A DNA stretch of 61,791 nucleotides, the filler included. It is 6 parts of 6 records of this genome, joined end to end, with 100 filler letters (N's around TTAATTAATTAA, not from the genome) between each part and the next. Parts side by side here need not be neighbours in the genome. Positions count along the whole stretch, not along the records: positions 29,867 to 39,818 come from SRR2962707_4167; positions 39,919 to 49,022 come from SRR2962707_4171; 4 more parts are not named here. One strand, given 5' to 3'. Of the stretch, positions 31,805 to 43,400 are shown piece by piece. The position numbers and the translations under genes were made by a program. The notes beneath the pieces were generated by a model. The model was not told where the DNA came from and searched no databases. It saw nothing but the letters and a program-made list of their open reading frames with translations. Within the stretch, counting starts at the first letter, position 1, and each line of letters opens with the position of its first letter.

Positions 31805-32692
31805 TCAGAGAACAACGATCCCCGAATGTTTCGCCTTGTGCTCAGGCTCCACATGGATCGTGATTATCGCCCCGGAATCGGTGTCCGTCAGCGCCGCTTC
31901 GATCCTGTCGCAGATGTCGTGGGCGTCTTTCACGCTCATCGCGGCAGGCACCACGAGGTGGAAGTCGATGAACACTGCCTTGCCCGCCTCGCGCGCCCGC
32001 ACGTCATGGGCCTCGATGGCCCCCGCGGCATTGTCGGCGATGGTCTGGCGAATGGCGTCGAGCCGCTCTGGCGCCGCCGAAACGTCCATCAGCCCGCCCA
32101 CGCTGCTTGCCAAGAGCTTTGAGCCCGACCACAGGATGTTGAGCCCGACAAGGGCCGCCAGCGCCGCATCGAGCAGCGGCTGGCCGGTGAGGACGACAAG
32201 CACAAGCCCCACGGCAACCCCCAGCGAGGAGATGACGTCGGTCCACAAATGATGCCCGTCGGCTTCCAGCGCCGGCGATTGCAATTTGCGGCCCCGACGC
32301 ACCAGCACCACGCTCCAGCCCCAGTTGATGGCCGTTGCCACCATGGAAATGGCAATGCCCTCGAACGGCGCATCGAGCGGATTTGGGGCCAGAAAGCCCT
32401 GCCAGGCCTGATAAAAGATCAGCAGCGCCGCAACGACGATAAACACGCCCTCCAGCACCGCCGAAAAATACTCGGCTTTGTAATAGCCGAACGGCATCTT
32501 GCTGTCGGCCGGCCGGGCCGCCAGTTGCACGGCGATCAGCGCCGCCACGGCGGTCGCCAGATTGACGATCGATTCCAGCGCATCGGAAAGCAGCGCCACC
32601 GACCCGGTGATCTGGGCTGCCCACAGTTTTAACGCCAGCACGCCCAGCGCGACGACGATACTGCCAATAGCGAGTTTGAGAACCTGGGACAT
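31805..32692 (-). CDS. Cation diffusion facilitator (FieF-like)
   Basis: SVALLSDALES, ADGHHLWTD, AHDICDRIE, IHVEP. Confidence 0.92.
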   Translation of the reverse strand: MSQVLKLAIGSIVVALGVLALKLWAAQITGSVALLSDALESIVNLATAVAALIAVQLAARPADSKMPFGYYKAEYFSAVLEGVFIVVAALLIFYQAWQGFLAPNPLDAPFEGIAISMVATAINWGWSVVLVRRGRKLQSPALEADGHHLWTDVISSLGVAVGLVLVVLTGQPLLDAALAALVGLNILWSGSKLLASSVGGLMDVSAAPERLDAIRQTIADNAAGAIEAHDVRAREAGKAVFIDFHLVVPAAMSVKDAHDICDRIEAALTDTDSGAIITIHVEPEHKAKHSGIVVL

Positions 32693-32755
32693 TGCTGGGT
32701 GCACCAATGGGGCTGCGCGATTGGCTATGCCCCTAACCCAAGCGGGCGCCGCTGT

Positions 32756-33469
32756 CTATCCCCTTGATTTTACTTGCAAATGCTCTTGCAACCCATTTGC
32801 AGAACGCGGCGCAGTTACCAGATGCTCATGGGCATGCGCCATGCTTTCGAGCACCGCCACGCACAGCGCCGCAATCTCGTCGGACGGCTGGACCAGATCG
32901 GGCACCATAACCGTTCGCATGCCCGCCGCATGGGCCGCGCGCACGCCTGAAATCGAATCCTCGAACGCCACGCAGTGGACCGGATCGACCTTGAGCCGCC
33001 GCGCTGCCGTCAGGTACGGCTCGGGATGAGGCTTTGGGTTGATCACGTCGTCGCGGGTGACGATGGTATCGAAAAACCCGATAACGCCTGCCGCCTCCAG
33101 ATGCCCCATCGCGTGATTGGCCCGCGAGGAGGTGGCGACCGCCAGCGGCACGCCGAGCTCCCTGAGCGCCGTCACCAGTTCGCGTGCCCCGGCCTTCACC
33201 GGAACCTCCGACAGGCGCGATTTCATGATCGTGCGGCATTTTTCGTCGAACAGCGTATAGGGGAAATGGCTGCCGAAGCTTTCGATCAGAAGCTGGGCCG
33301 TCGCTTCATGGGAGGAGCCCACCATCCTGCCATGCACGCCATCGGTCATGGCAAAGCCCATTTCCGTGCACACCTCATAGACGATGGCCTTGAACACAGC
33401 TTCGGTATCGAGCAGCGTTCCGTCCATATCGAAGATGACGGCGTCGAAGGGATGGGCAAGCGGAGACAT
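32756..33469 (-). CDS. HAD-superfamily phosphatase
   Basis: FDMDGTL, ATSS, KPHPEPY, FEDS. Confidence 0.92.
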   Translation of the reverse strand: MSPLAHPFDAVIFDMDGTLLDTEAVFKAIVYEVCTEMGFAMTDGVHGRMVGSSHEATAQLLIESFGSHFPYTLFDEKCRTIMKSRLSEVPVKAGARELVTALRELGVPLAVATSSRANHAMGHLEAAGVIGFFDTIVTRDDVINPKPHPEPYLTAARRLKVDPVHCVAFEDSISGVRAAHAAGMRTVMVPDLVQPSDEIAALCVAVLESMAHAHEHLVTAPRSANGLQEHLQVKSRG

Positions 33470-33667
33470 GTTGGGCTTTCGCGCTAGAGCGCGTCCAGCA
33501 AAAGCGGAAACGGCTTTGCGGTTCGGACGCGCGACAAACAAAGGCTAGAGGATTTTCGCGATTCGAAGAAACGCGGAAATGCTCCAAGTTCTGAAAGCAC
33601 GGTCACCTAGCATGTTGGCACGGCCGATTAAAGACGTCTTCGTGCCAAACCGGGCAAGCTCGGTGGC

Positions 33668-36016
33668 TCAATCGTCGTCGGGCCCCTCATCGACATCGGG
33701 CATGTCCTTGCCCGCGATCTCGTTTTCGCCCTTGCGCTGGCGCCGGCGCCTTGGCTTGGCTTCGAGCGTCTTGGCCGGCGCCTCTGGCGCTGCCGTGTCC
33801 CCGGTTGCCTCGTCTTCGCGCACCATATGCATGGGCGGCGCCTTGCCGTCCTTGCCGACGCCGAAATACAGCGTCTGGTGCGGGAAGGGGATCTCGATGT
33901 CGCGGGTATCGAAAATGCGCTTCACGATGGCATTGTAAGCCCGCTTGATGCCCCATTGCTTGCCGGGCAGCGTCTTGATGCGGGCCCGAAGGACCACCTC
34001 GCTCGCGCCGAACGCGTTGACGCCCATCCATTCGAAATCGTCGATGATGGCGGTCTTGTATTCGGGATCGGCCCGCAATTCCTCGAACGCATCGAGCATG
34101 GCCTGCCGCGCTTCCTCGACATTCTCGCGATAGCCCACACCCATGTCGATGACGGCATAGGAAAAGCCGCGCATGAAATTGGTGACGGTGTCGACCGAGG
34201 AGAACGGGATGATGTGATAGGATCCCTCCAGGTCGCGCAGCGAAACCGAGCGGATGGTCAGCCGCTCGACAACGCCGGAAATCCCGCCGACCGACACCAC
34301 ATCGCCCACATCGATTGCCCCTTCGAGCTGGATGAAGATACCGGTTATGATGTCCTGTACCAGCTTTTGCGCACCGAAACCGATAGCCAGGCCCAGAACG
34401 CCGGCCGAGGCCAGAAGCGGGGCGATATTGATGCCGATTTCCGAAAGCACGAACATCAGCGTGATGATGATGAGGGCGATGGTCAGCGCATTGCGCAGCA
34501 GCGCGAACAGCGTCCGCTTGCGCGCCGTGGCGCCCGGCGCCAGTTCGGGATTGACCTGGCTGTCCATCCAGGTGTTCAGGCCAATCCAGGCGATGATGGC
34601 GACACCGAGGATGATAAGGATGGTTACTGCCGATCCGGCCACCCGCGCTCCGAATTCGCCTTCGATGAAATCGACGAAGTTGAAAAAGCCCAGCTTGTGC
34701 AGGCAGAAGACCACGATCGCACCGATCACGATGAACCGGACGACCTTGAGCACGGCGGGGACTATTCTGTGCAATTGCCGCTGCAACTCGGGCGAGCGGC
34801 GGCGCAGTCCTTCCGGCAGATTGACCCCGTTGCGGGCCGCGCGCTTGATGAGGTTGAGGATGACCACGCCGATCATCACCGCGATGACCACCTGCACATT
34901 GTCCCACACATAGGCCTGAAACTGGACGCTGGTGCGCGTCAAAGCGATCACCGCCAGCACCGCCAGATAGATCAGCGCAAAGACGTGCCAGTTGCGGATC
35001 GGCAGCGCCAGTCCGCGCCGCGCCTCCTTGTTCTCGATCATCGCCATGAGCTTCTGCTTGACCGGCTGGCGCGCCGCGAGCACGGCAACCGCCATGGCGA
35101 CCAGGGTAAGCAGCAGCAGCACGATCGAGATGGCCCGCCCCGCCGCAAACGAAACGCTGGTCGTCAACAGCGGCAGCACCATCATCTGCCCGAAAACGAA
35201 CAGCGAGATGATGAACCGCGACCACCCCATCACCGATTTGGCCTCATGGTCGGACAGATGCACCAGCCGCTGCTCGGGCAGGTTTGGTGAAATGACGCTC
35301 AGAAGGATCGCCATGATCACTTCGACCATCAAGAACGCGTTGAGGTAAAACGCGTGCTCGAGCCGGATCACTCCCGCCTCGCCCAGCAATGCCGCTGCAA
35401 TGCCGTAGCCCACTGCATAGGGAACCACGGCTGCGATGACATCGAGGACAAATTCGAGGACCAGCGCCACCGGCTTGGCAATCCAGCCGCCCGAGTTGAA
35501 CAATGCCTGCAGCCGCTCGCGGGGCATGCGCACCAGCCGCCGCATCAAAAACAGGCCCGCATAGGTCAGAACGATCAGAATGGCGACGTCGGCCAGAATA
35601 CCCCATAGGGCATTGAGCTCCGAGATCGACAGCGCCGAAAGGATCTCCGGCGTGGCCGCCAGTTGCTGCCAAAGCCGGTTCAGTGAGGCCGCCGTGTTTT
35701 CAACCGCCGAGCGGGTCATGTCGGAAATCTGCCCGCCGATCGAGCGCAGTTCATTGCCGCCCTCGCCGGTGCTTTCCGCTGTAGCTTCCGTATCGGACGT
35801 CGCGCTGCCCTCGATTCCCGCTTCGAGTTCGGCAATCAGCGCGTCGCGCGCCGCATCATCGCGCAGCACCTCGATCAACTGGCTCAGCGCCTGCTGCGGG
35901 CTTTCGCTGGCGGCATCGCCACCCTCCGATTGCGCAGCGGCTGGAAAGGCAAGTCCGGCACAAAGGATAACAAGGGCGGTAAACTGGAACAGGCGGGAGA
36001 GCATGGAAAGTGGCAT
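33668..36016 (-). CDS. Large mechanosensitive channel of the MscS family (YbiO-like)
   Basis: Multi-TM N-terminal region, APLLASAGVLGLAIGFGAQKLVQD, IEIPFP. Confidence 0.9.
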   Translation of the reverse strand: MPLSMLSRLFQFTALVILCAGLAFPAAAQSEGGDAASESPQQALSQLIEVLRDDAARDALIAELEAGIEGSATSDTEATAESTGEGGNELRSIGGQISDMTRSAVENTAASLNRLWQQLAATPEILSALSISELNALWGILADVAILIVLTYAGLFLMRRLVRMPRERLQALFNSGGWIAKPVALVLEFVLDVIAAVVPYAVGYGIAAALLGEAGVIRLEHAFYLNAFLMVEVIMAILLSVISPNLPEQRLVHLSDHEAKSVMGWSRFIISLFVFGQMMVLPLLTTSVSFAAGRAISIVLLLLTLVAMAVAVLAARQPVKQKLMAMIENKEARRGLALPIRNWHVFALIYLAVLAVIALTRTSVQFQAYVWDNVQVVIAVMIGVVILNLIKRAARNGVNLPEGLRRRSPELQRQLHRIVPAVLKVVRFIVIGAIVVFCLHKLGFFNFVDFIEGEFGARVAGSAVTILIILGVAIIAWIGLNTWMDSQVNPELAPGATARKRTLFALLRNALTIALIIITLMFVLSEIGINIAPLLASAGVLGLAIGFGAQKLVQDIITGIFIQLEGAIDVGDVVSVGGISGVVERLTIRSVSLRDLEGSYHIIPFSSVDTVTNFMRGFSYAVIDMGVGYRENVEEARQAMLDAFEELRADPEYKTAIIDDFEWMGVNAFGASEVVLRARIKTLPGKQWGIKRAYNAIVKRIFDTRDIEIPFPHQTLYFGVGKDGKAPPMHMVREDEATGDTAAPEAPAKTLEAKPRRRRQRKGENEIAGKDMPDVDEGPDDD

Positions 36017-36198
36017 GGACCTTGCGAAGGGCTGATGGAATATGCACCGGAGGCTATCTGCCTTCGTGCTTGGATTGAACCCCCGCAACCCCATTCGGTT
36101 GCCTGCGCCGCCGAATTTTTCCCGCTGCGGGCAATTCCGGGCTGTCGGAAAAGACCGGCAGTGCTAGTGTCGCCCCAAGTGTCAAAAAGGAGGTTGCG

Positions 36199-37005
36199 AT
36201 GGCTGCGGGCAGGATTTTCATTGGCGTTGGTGGCTGGACCTTCGAGCCCTGGCGTGGCACCTATTACCCCGAAAAGCTCACGCAAAAGCGCGAACTCGAA
36301 CATATGGGTTCGACGATGACAGGGGTCGAGGTCAACGGCACCTTTTACGGCAGCCAGAAGCCCGCCAGCTTCCGCAAATGGCACGATGAAGTGCCCGATG
36401 ACTTCATGTTCACATTAAAGGGAACACGCTACGCCACCAACAAGAAGGTGCTGGCCGAGGCCGGCGAATCGGTCAACCGGTTCACGTCTTCGGGCATTGT
36501 TGAACTGAAAGACAAGCTTGGCCCCATCAACTGGCAACTCGCCAGCACCAAGAAGTTCGATCCCACAGATTTCGGAGCGTTCCTAAAACTCCTGCCGGCC
36601 ACCCAGGATAACCGCGCGCTGCGCCACGCTGTCGAAGCGCGTCACGAGAGCTTTGCCAATGCCGACGCCGTGGCGCTGGCCCGCGAAAACGGCGTGGCTT
36701 TGATCACCGGCGCCGATGCCCAATATTCGGTGATCGCCGACCCGACAGCCGATTTCGTCTATCTGCGCCTCCAGGGCACGTCCGAGGACAATGAAAAGGG
36801 CTATTCCGAAAAAGCCCTGGACACCTGGGCCGACCGCATAGTGACCTACGCCAAAGGCGGCGTCCCCGACGACCTCCAGACCTTCGGCCCCACCCCCGAG
36901 CAAACCCCCCGCGACGTCTTCGCCTTCGTCATCTCCGGCCACAAGGAAAAAAACCCGGCCGCCGCCATAGCGCTGATCGAAAAGGTACAAAAACTGGCCG
37001 GCTGA
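36199..37005 (+). CDS. DUF72 family protein
   Basis: IGVGGW, VEVNGTFY, KLGPINWQ, VEARHESF, YLRLQG. Confidence 0.9.
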   Translation: MAAGRIFIGVGGWTFEPWRGTYYPEKLTQKRELEHMGSTMTGVEVNGTFYGSQKPASFRKWHDEVPDDFMFTLKGTRYATNKKVLAEAGESVNRFTSSGIVELKDKLGPINWQLASTKKFDPTDFGAFLKLLPATQDNRALRHAVEARHESFANADAVALARENGVALITGADAQYSVIADPTADFVYLRLQGTSEDNEKGYSEKALDTWADRIVTYAKGGVPDDLQTFGPTPEQTPRDVFAFVISGHKEKNPAAAIALIEKVQKLAG

Positions 37006-37018
37006 ATGCTCTGCCCCT

Positions 37019-37774
37019 CTATTCAGTCACGCGAATGACGATGTCGTCGCCATAAAGACTGATCTGCTCTGTGCCTGGCGCCGTGGCGGTAAACAGGATC
37101 GCCCGGGCCGCCACCCGCCCGCCACACTGCCTGCTTTGGCGAGTCCCCACGCCGCCATCCGTGAGCGTTCCGGTCTGCAGGCTTGGCAGCAAAATGCGGG
37201 CGGAGTCCCAGCTCGGCGCCTCGCCGCATTCATTGCCGCGGGCGCCATGGATAATCATCGAGTCGCCGACGCGCGCCGAGACGTTGCGCACATATTCGGC
37301 GACGATACCCTCATAGCTGCCGACGGGATCGGCGTTTTGGGCAGTGGCGCTCCAGCCGGCAAAAACGATGCCTGCCAAGATCATGGCCACCAGCGCGCCG
37401 CCGCCTGCGATGAATGGCCAGGCGGGTTTCCCCGAGGACGCATCCGCTGCCGCGAGCGTCGTTTCCCCGCGTTCCGGCTCTATGCTTTTTTGGCTGTAGA
37501 GTCTGTTCCAGGCCTGACGCAGCTCGGCATCGTCTTGAACCTCGAGCAGTTTGCCCAGAAGCGCAAAGTTCTTGCGCTGCGGGATGTGGACGCCCTGCCG
37601 CCAATTGCGCAAATTCTTGACCGCCGTTTCGAAGGCACCCCGTGTCCGGTTGCCGTTCGCCGCGCACAATTGCCCGGCCAGCGTCAGATTGTCGAAATGG
37701 CCACGTTCGATGCACAGCGCATCGAGCAGATCATGCCAGCGTTCATATGTGTCCCAACGCTCGTTTTCCGCCAT
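37019..37774 (-). CDS. Hypothetical bitopic membrane protein with possible N-terminal HTH and a Cys-containing extracytoplasmic domain
   Basis: LRNWRQGVHIPQ HTH-like segment, one TM helix, and a ~100-aa C-terminal domain with two Cys. GGGGGA RBS. Confidence 0.65.
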   Translation of the reverse strand: MAENERWDTYERWHDLLDALCIERGHFDNLTLAGQLCAANGNRTRGAFETAVKNLRNWRQGVHIPQRKNFALLGKLLEVQDDAELRQAWNRLYSQKSIEPERGETTLAAADASSGKPAWPFIAGGGALVAMILAGIVFAGWSATAQNADPVGSYEGIVAEYVRNVSARVGDSMIIHGARGNECGEAPSWDSARILLPSLQTGTLTDGGVGTRQSRQCGGRVAARAILFTATAPGTEQISLYGDDIVIRVTE

Positions 37775-37993
37775 CGTGTCCCCCAATACACACCCAACGA
37801 CGCATCAGTATTAATTTCAATAACTTGATATTGCGAGACAATTTGTCGGTTTTTTCGCTGCGTTTCCGTTTCTTCCGCGATTCTGCGCTGACGGAATCAA
37901 GGTTGCCAGTTAAGCAATTGAGGCGTCCGACGGCGGCCCTCGCGGTCATCGATCTTCTGCCCGGCGCTCCCAAACCTACGAGGAGTGAACTTT

Positions 37994-38470
37994 ATGAGAT
38001 TTACGATCAAAATCGCCCAACTGGCGGCATCGTCGCTGGCGCTCGTCGCGCTCGCTGCGTGCTCGGCGACCAGCGGTGGCACTGCCGGGGCGGCCGCGGC
38101 CTCACCGGCCCAGCCCTTCGACGTTGCCAGCGTAACCATCAGCCCGATGACGGGGGCCAATCTGTGCCGCGATCTGGGCGGTCAGGGCGCAGCGCCGACC
38201 GTCACCATCCGGCACACGGCAGTAGCGGGCGTTCCCATCCGCCTGCACCTTCAGGACAAGCTCAGCGATGGCAGCACCTACAATCACCGCAACACCCGCG
38301 TTGCGTCGGACGGGTCCGGTACGACTGTCGTCAACTACGCTTTCCTGCCGCCGTGCAACACGACCGGCGGCCGCCTCAATTCCCACTACCAGTTGACAGT
38401 GGAAGCTGGCGGCAACGCCGAAACGGTGACCTGGGCGCGGTTCAACTCCTCCTCGCGCACCATCCAGTAG
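37994..38470 (+). CDS. Hypothetical lipoprotein
   Basis: AGGAG RBS and lipobox LAAC. The PPC motif is weakly reminiscent of YbhB/PEBP proteins. Confidence 0.7.
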   Translation: MRFTIKIAQLAASSLALVALAACSATSGGTAGAAAASPAQPFDVASVTISPMTGANLCRDLGGQGAAPTVTIRHTAVAGVPIRLHLQDKLSDGSTYNHRNTRVASDGSGTTVVNYAFLPPCNTTGGRLNSHYQLTVEAGGNAETVTWARFNSSSRTIQ

Positions 38471-38492
38471 CCTGGGGCGCGCTGGCCCGACC

Positions 38493-39266
38493 CTACTCCA
38501 CCACCCCCAGCATTGGCCCGTACCCGCCATGCCAGGAAAAATCGTTGCGCCGCAGGGCCGGATGGTAAAGTCCGGCCCCGCGTCCGCCATCGAGAAACAG
38601 CGCGTCCGCGCACCCCAGATGGTCGCGGAACAGCCGCGCGAAATCGTCGAAATTGACGCGCCCCTCGCTGATCGCCAGCCGGACCATGCCGCTTTCGCAA
38701 ACCCCAACCCCGCTGCGCCGCGTCCGGTCGGTCGAGCCCGGTATCAGCGCCGGATGCAGGGCGTTATCCTGCACCAGCAACGGACCGGACTGGGTTGCAA
38801 ACGTCACATCGGGCTGCGTTGCAATAAATGCTCCGGTCTCCAAAATCCCCGCCCCATCGGTAGCGATGAAAAACACCCCGTTGGGCTTTTTGTAGAAATT
38901 GGGCACAGAAGCGGGCGGCCCCTCCACGCTCTCCGTGTTGACCCGAGCCATCTCCTGCCCGCCCTCCACGTAAAGCCCGATCGGCGCATAGTCGCCGTCA
39001 TACATTCCCGCATTGATCGCAAGGCTTAGCGTCGCGCCCGCCTCGCTCACCGCGTTGGCCACCGCCGAAAAATGCCGGTACGGCGCGCCGGATTCATCGC
39101 GCCAGAACAGGCGCAAATCCTCGGTCGCCGGATCGATGGTGCAGACGATGAAATCGGACCCCTCGAACCGCTCCTTCGCGCAATCGGCCGCCAACGCCAC
39201 CGGCGCCAACCCCAATGCGGCTAGCAGCAGGGCATACCCCGCCAGAAGGGTTCTGAAAATCGTCAT
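38493..39266 (-). CDS. Phosphodiester glycosidase (NAGPA/YigE-like) family exported protein
   Basis: AINAGMY, PIGLYVE, NFYKKPNGVF, ATQSGP, ALFLDG. Confidence 0.88.
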   Translation of the reverse strand: MTIFRTLLAGYALLLAALGLAPVALAADCAKERFEGSDFIVCTIDPATEDLRLFWRDESGAPYRHFSAVANAVSEAGATLSLAINAGMYDGDYAPIGLYVEGGQEMARVNTESVEGPPASVPNFYKKPNGVFFIATDGAGILETGAFIATQPDVTFATQSGPLLVQDNALHPALIPGSTDRTRRSGVGVCESGMVRLAISEGRVNFDDFARLFRDHLGCADALFLDGGRGAGLYHPALRRNDFSWHGGYGPMLGVVE

Positions 39267-39328
39267 CTCTTGCCTGCCGCTGTTTGTGTCACGCCGCCAT
39301 CAGAGCGCCCGATTGCGCCAGGGTTGTG

Positions 39329-39818
39329 TCACCCAAACCGCCGCGCCGCGTCCACGGCCAGCCCCAGCCCTACCGCGCCGAACCGGTCCGATTGGGCGAT
39401 GCGTGCATGGGCAAACCGCGTGTCGACAAGCGCCCGCACCTGCCGTACCTGCGCGCCGCCCCCGGTCAAAATCACAGTTTCAATCGCTTCCGCCGTAACA
39501 CCCGCCGCAACCAGCGCCTCATCGAGCGCCGCCCCGATCTTCTCGCTCAGGTCAGCGCTCGCTGCTTCAAATTCGGCCCGCGTCGTGGGGATGGCCAGCG
39601 ACAGCCCCGGCTCATCGAGCGTGATGTCGGTTTCGGGCGTATCGGTCAGCGCGATCTTGGCCTTTTCCACCTGTCCGGCCAGCCGGTGGCCCGAGCGGTG
39701 GACCAGGAGGTGCTTGAACCGCTCGAGCTTTTCCGGCTCCGCCGCCTCACGTTGCAGCCCGCGAATGTCACGCACCACCTGGGGGCGATAGAGCTGGTTG
39801 ATCTTGTGCCAGGTCGCC
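39329..39818 (-). CDS. Hsp70-family protein (YegD-like) C-terminus, 5' truncated
   Basis: ATWHKINQLY, GHRLAGQVEKAKIAL, ILTGG. Confidence 0.8.
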
Positions 39819-39918
39819 NNNNNNNNNNNNNNNNNNNNNNNNNNNNNNNNNNNNNNNNNNNNTTAATTAATTAANNNNNNNNNNNNNNNNNNNNNNNNNN
39901 NNNNNNNNNNNNNNNNNN
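39819..39918. other. Artificial contig spacer
   Basis: Same N/stop linker. Confidence 0.99.
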
Positions 39919-40137
39919 TCACTCGCTCGCTCGCTCACTCACTCACCCGCTCATTCACTCACTTATTCACTCACTCACTCTTGCGCTCACTCACTCACGA
40001 AGACGCAACGCACGAAGTAGTCTCCCTCGCTCACGAAGGCGCACTCAGCCACGAAGAACGACTCGCTTACTTACCTTGGCTCTCGGAGTTGCTCACAAGG
40101 ACTCATTCACGAAGGACTCACTCACGAAGGACTCACT
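39919..40137. repeat. (CACT)n microsatellite grading into CACGAAG / ACTCACTCACGAAGG repeats
   Basis: Directly visible at the contig start. Confidence 0.8.
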
Positions 40138-40430
40138 ACAACCCCAGGCAACTCAGCGCTACTCACCTTGGCATAGCCCGCGAGCCCGCTTTGTCGGTTT
40201 CATTTTTTGCGCACAGGAAGCGTCACAGAAAAAGACGACAACGCAAGTACTTCCAAAGCCGCGGTTTTTTGTAATTTGTTTTCGTTTTGTTTTTTCGTTT
40301 TGTTTTTTCTTTTTTTTGAGGTGTTTCAAATCGCATTTGCACACAATCCTCCCTGTGAAGTCGACAGCTTAACTGCAGGTGGCCCTGTGCGGTCACGCAG
40401 TTTTGCTTGTTCGCGATCTGGTGGCTTACC

Positions 40431-43400
40431 ATGGGGAAGAAGAGCTCCCGAAAGATCCAAAAGTTGCTCAACTCGAAAGCTGCCGCAACGGCACAGGCGG
40501 AGCTGCAGCGCTTGGAGGCGAAAAAGGCCAAAGGCCGAGCATCTGATTTCCTATCTGAGGACCTCAAGCGTGAGCTAGGCATTGAGAGCGCTGGCGATGG
40601 CACGCTCGGAGAGGGAGGCGGAGGAGTCCCAGGACAAGTTGATTCGCCAGTTGAAGGCTCTGCAGACAATGTCGTCATTACAGCCACCAACTCAGAGGCG
40701 AAGCGGCTGAAGCGAATCCTTCAGATCAAGCGTCGCAGGGAGGAGAGAGAAAACGCCAAGCTGGATAAGATGAGCAAGAAGAAGCTGAAGAAGCTGAAGA
40801 AATTGGCCGAGAAAAAGGCGAAGGAGGCTGTTCGCGGAGATCTGTACGCGGGACTGGAGCAGAATCGATTGTCGGACGCTCATCATGCGCTGCTCACGAA
40901 AAGTACCGCCGTTGGCCAGCGCAAGACCAAAAGGCAACGAAGACGCGAGCATGAACTTCGCGTTGCAGCTGGAATTGAACAAGAAAGCGAGGAAGAAGAC
41001 GGCGAAGCAGCACCTGCCGACGAGGACATGGAACAGGGGCTGGGCCACAATCAAGGCCAGGAAGGTGGGGACGAGAAGCGCAGTCGACTTGAAACTGAGA
41101 GTGGCTCGTTGGACGACATAATGGGCGCAATCTTCAGTTCGAAGCGCCAACAAGCCGGAAATGCATTTGGGGCAGCCAGTGGTGACGGCACAGGCACAGC
41201 TGCCACGGTGATCGGGTCGCGCGCGGGCGATGCAAAGCGTGCGCTGAACAAAATCAACAATCCGCCTGCGCCACGACACCAGTTTGGTGAGACATTTGTT
41301 TCTTGAACTCGTCTCGGAAATGCGTTGCGCGACAGGTTTTTGTTCAATTGTAACAACGTGTGTCGTTTGTTTTGCCCGCAGGTACGTCCTTGGCGGTACC
41401 AGGGTTCCTAAACCAATTCGACCATGACGATCAAGCAGATGCCGCGAAGGTGCCGCCTGCGAGTGACAAACCGCAGACAGAGGAAGAAAAGGCAGCTGCC
41501 CTTGCACAGAAGGAAGCTCGTGAGAATGCTCTTGCTCGGCACGCTGCTGCACGGGCAGCTAAAGAAGCTCAGCAAGCGGCTGAAGATGCTGCAAAGGTAG
41601 TCACAGTACTTCCTTCTCCGCATTGTCCCAACACCACTGTTTTTCCTTGCCACGTGTGTTTGATTGTCGCCGTGCCAATGGCTGTTGTCCAAACTTTGTT
41701 GTCAGGTGAAAGCCAAAATCCGGACAGTTCGCGTTCTGCCAGCGTTTAACGTGGCTGTGAAGCGCGATCCAAGCGACCCTGTCCAGGCTGCACGGCTCAA
41801 GCTGCCAGTTTGCGCGATGGAGCAAGAGATCATGGAGGCAGTTAACTACAACGACATAGTGGTGCTATGTGGGCCAACTGGTTCCGGAAAAACCACCCAG
41901 GTGTGTTTTCTAATCCAGTGTGTTTACAGTCTGAGAAACATCTTGTGCAATTTTTGGAGCTCATTGAGTCATTTGATTTTTTTGTGTTTTCTAGGTTCCT
42001 CAGTTCTTGTATGAAGCAGGCTATGGTACAGACCCCAGCCGCCCAGGCATGATTGCTGTCACGCAGCCACGTCGGGTTGCCGCCATGTCCGTAGCCAAGC
42101 GTGTGGCTGTTGAACTTGGGCAGCCCGGTCTTGCGGGACAAGGCGATGGCGGGAAGAGCCGGAAGAAGAAGAAGAAGCGCACTGCTGGTGCCATGGAACG
42201 TGACGACCTTAGCGCAGTTGTTGCATATCAAGTTCGACATGACAAGGCCACAGTGAGGGCATCAACAAAAGTCAAATTTGTCACCGAAGGCATCCTTCTT
42301 CGGGAAGCGGAGGAAGACATTTTGCTCAGGAAGTGCGTCTTTTTTGCAACCTGAAGCGAACACGTTTGGAATGCATGTTTCTGTGCCATGTTCCTGACTC
42401 CCCCGTGTTTTTTCAGGTACTCCGTGCTGGTGCTCGATGAAGTGCATGAGCGCAACACCGACACAGACATCCTGCTCGCAATTGTGTCGCGGATTGTCCC
42501 TCTTCGCGCAAAGTTGTGGGAAGAGCAACAGGCACGACTCAAGGATCCTCAAAATGGCGATGCAGGTGGGCTGAATGTGTTTCAGTGTGATGGTTTGCCG
42601 CGTTCGGCAGGCTCAGGAAAGTATGGATGGTCGGATGTCTTGACTTCTCCGTATTTTTGTGCTCCAACACAGCAATGAACCACCCGCTCGCGGATATTAC
42701 GCCCTTGAAGGTGATCATTATGTCAGCCACACTTAACGTTCAGACGCTCATCCACAATAAGCAACTCTTCGGAGCAATGGACGAGCCCCCGCCTGTGATT
42801 CAGGTGGTTCATCATCAATTCGCAATTGAATAAATGACGTCCTAAGCAATGCCCCGTTGCCTGCCGGCCAGCAGCATCTCATATTGTGTGCCCCAATACG
42901 TGTGTTTGCTGATGACAGGTGGAAGGGAGGCAGTTTCCTGTTTCAGTGCACTTCGCCAAGAAGACTCCCTCTCTTGAAACGTATCTGAAGCGTACGGTGT
43001 CAAAAATTTCTAAGATCCACCGCAAGCTACCGGAAGGGTGCGTTGATTCCATATTATTCTAAAACTGTACTTTGGTGCCTGGCATGGACACACGTGTCCT
43101 GCAGGTGCTTTGGAAATGGCGGGTAAACTCACTGACTGCCTCCTTATGTGGGATTTCACTGCCACTGTACAGAGGCGTGCTGGTGTTCCTCCCAGGGCAA
43201 CAGGAAATCACAGAAGTGTGCTCCCAACTTACAGCCCGCTTTGGTGCATCAGCGATTCAAGCCCGTAAAGCAGCTCGACTCAAATCCAAAAAGCGACTGG
43301 CTCGCATTCATGGAACTAATGGACCTGTTTCCGTAACGGAAATTACTGCAAATAAGCTTTCGGGGAGCAGTAAAGCCGACGGGAGTGACGACGAGGATGC

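Noticed and set aside
33687..35290. 512-aa and 487-aa ORFs overlapping the MscS gene
   Set aside because: Alternative-frame and antisense shadows typical of high-GC coding DNA, with no motifs.
39919..40137. Possible telomere or CRISPR-like repeats
   Set aside because: Irregular CACT microsatellite that matches no telomeric unit I recognise and has no repeat-spacer structure.
42417..42460. DEVH instead of DEAH in the helicase
   Set aside because: DExH variation is common in this family and all other motifs are intact.
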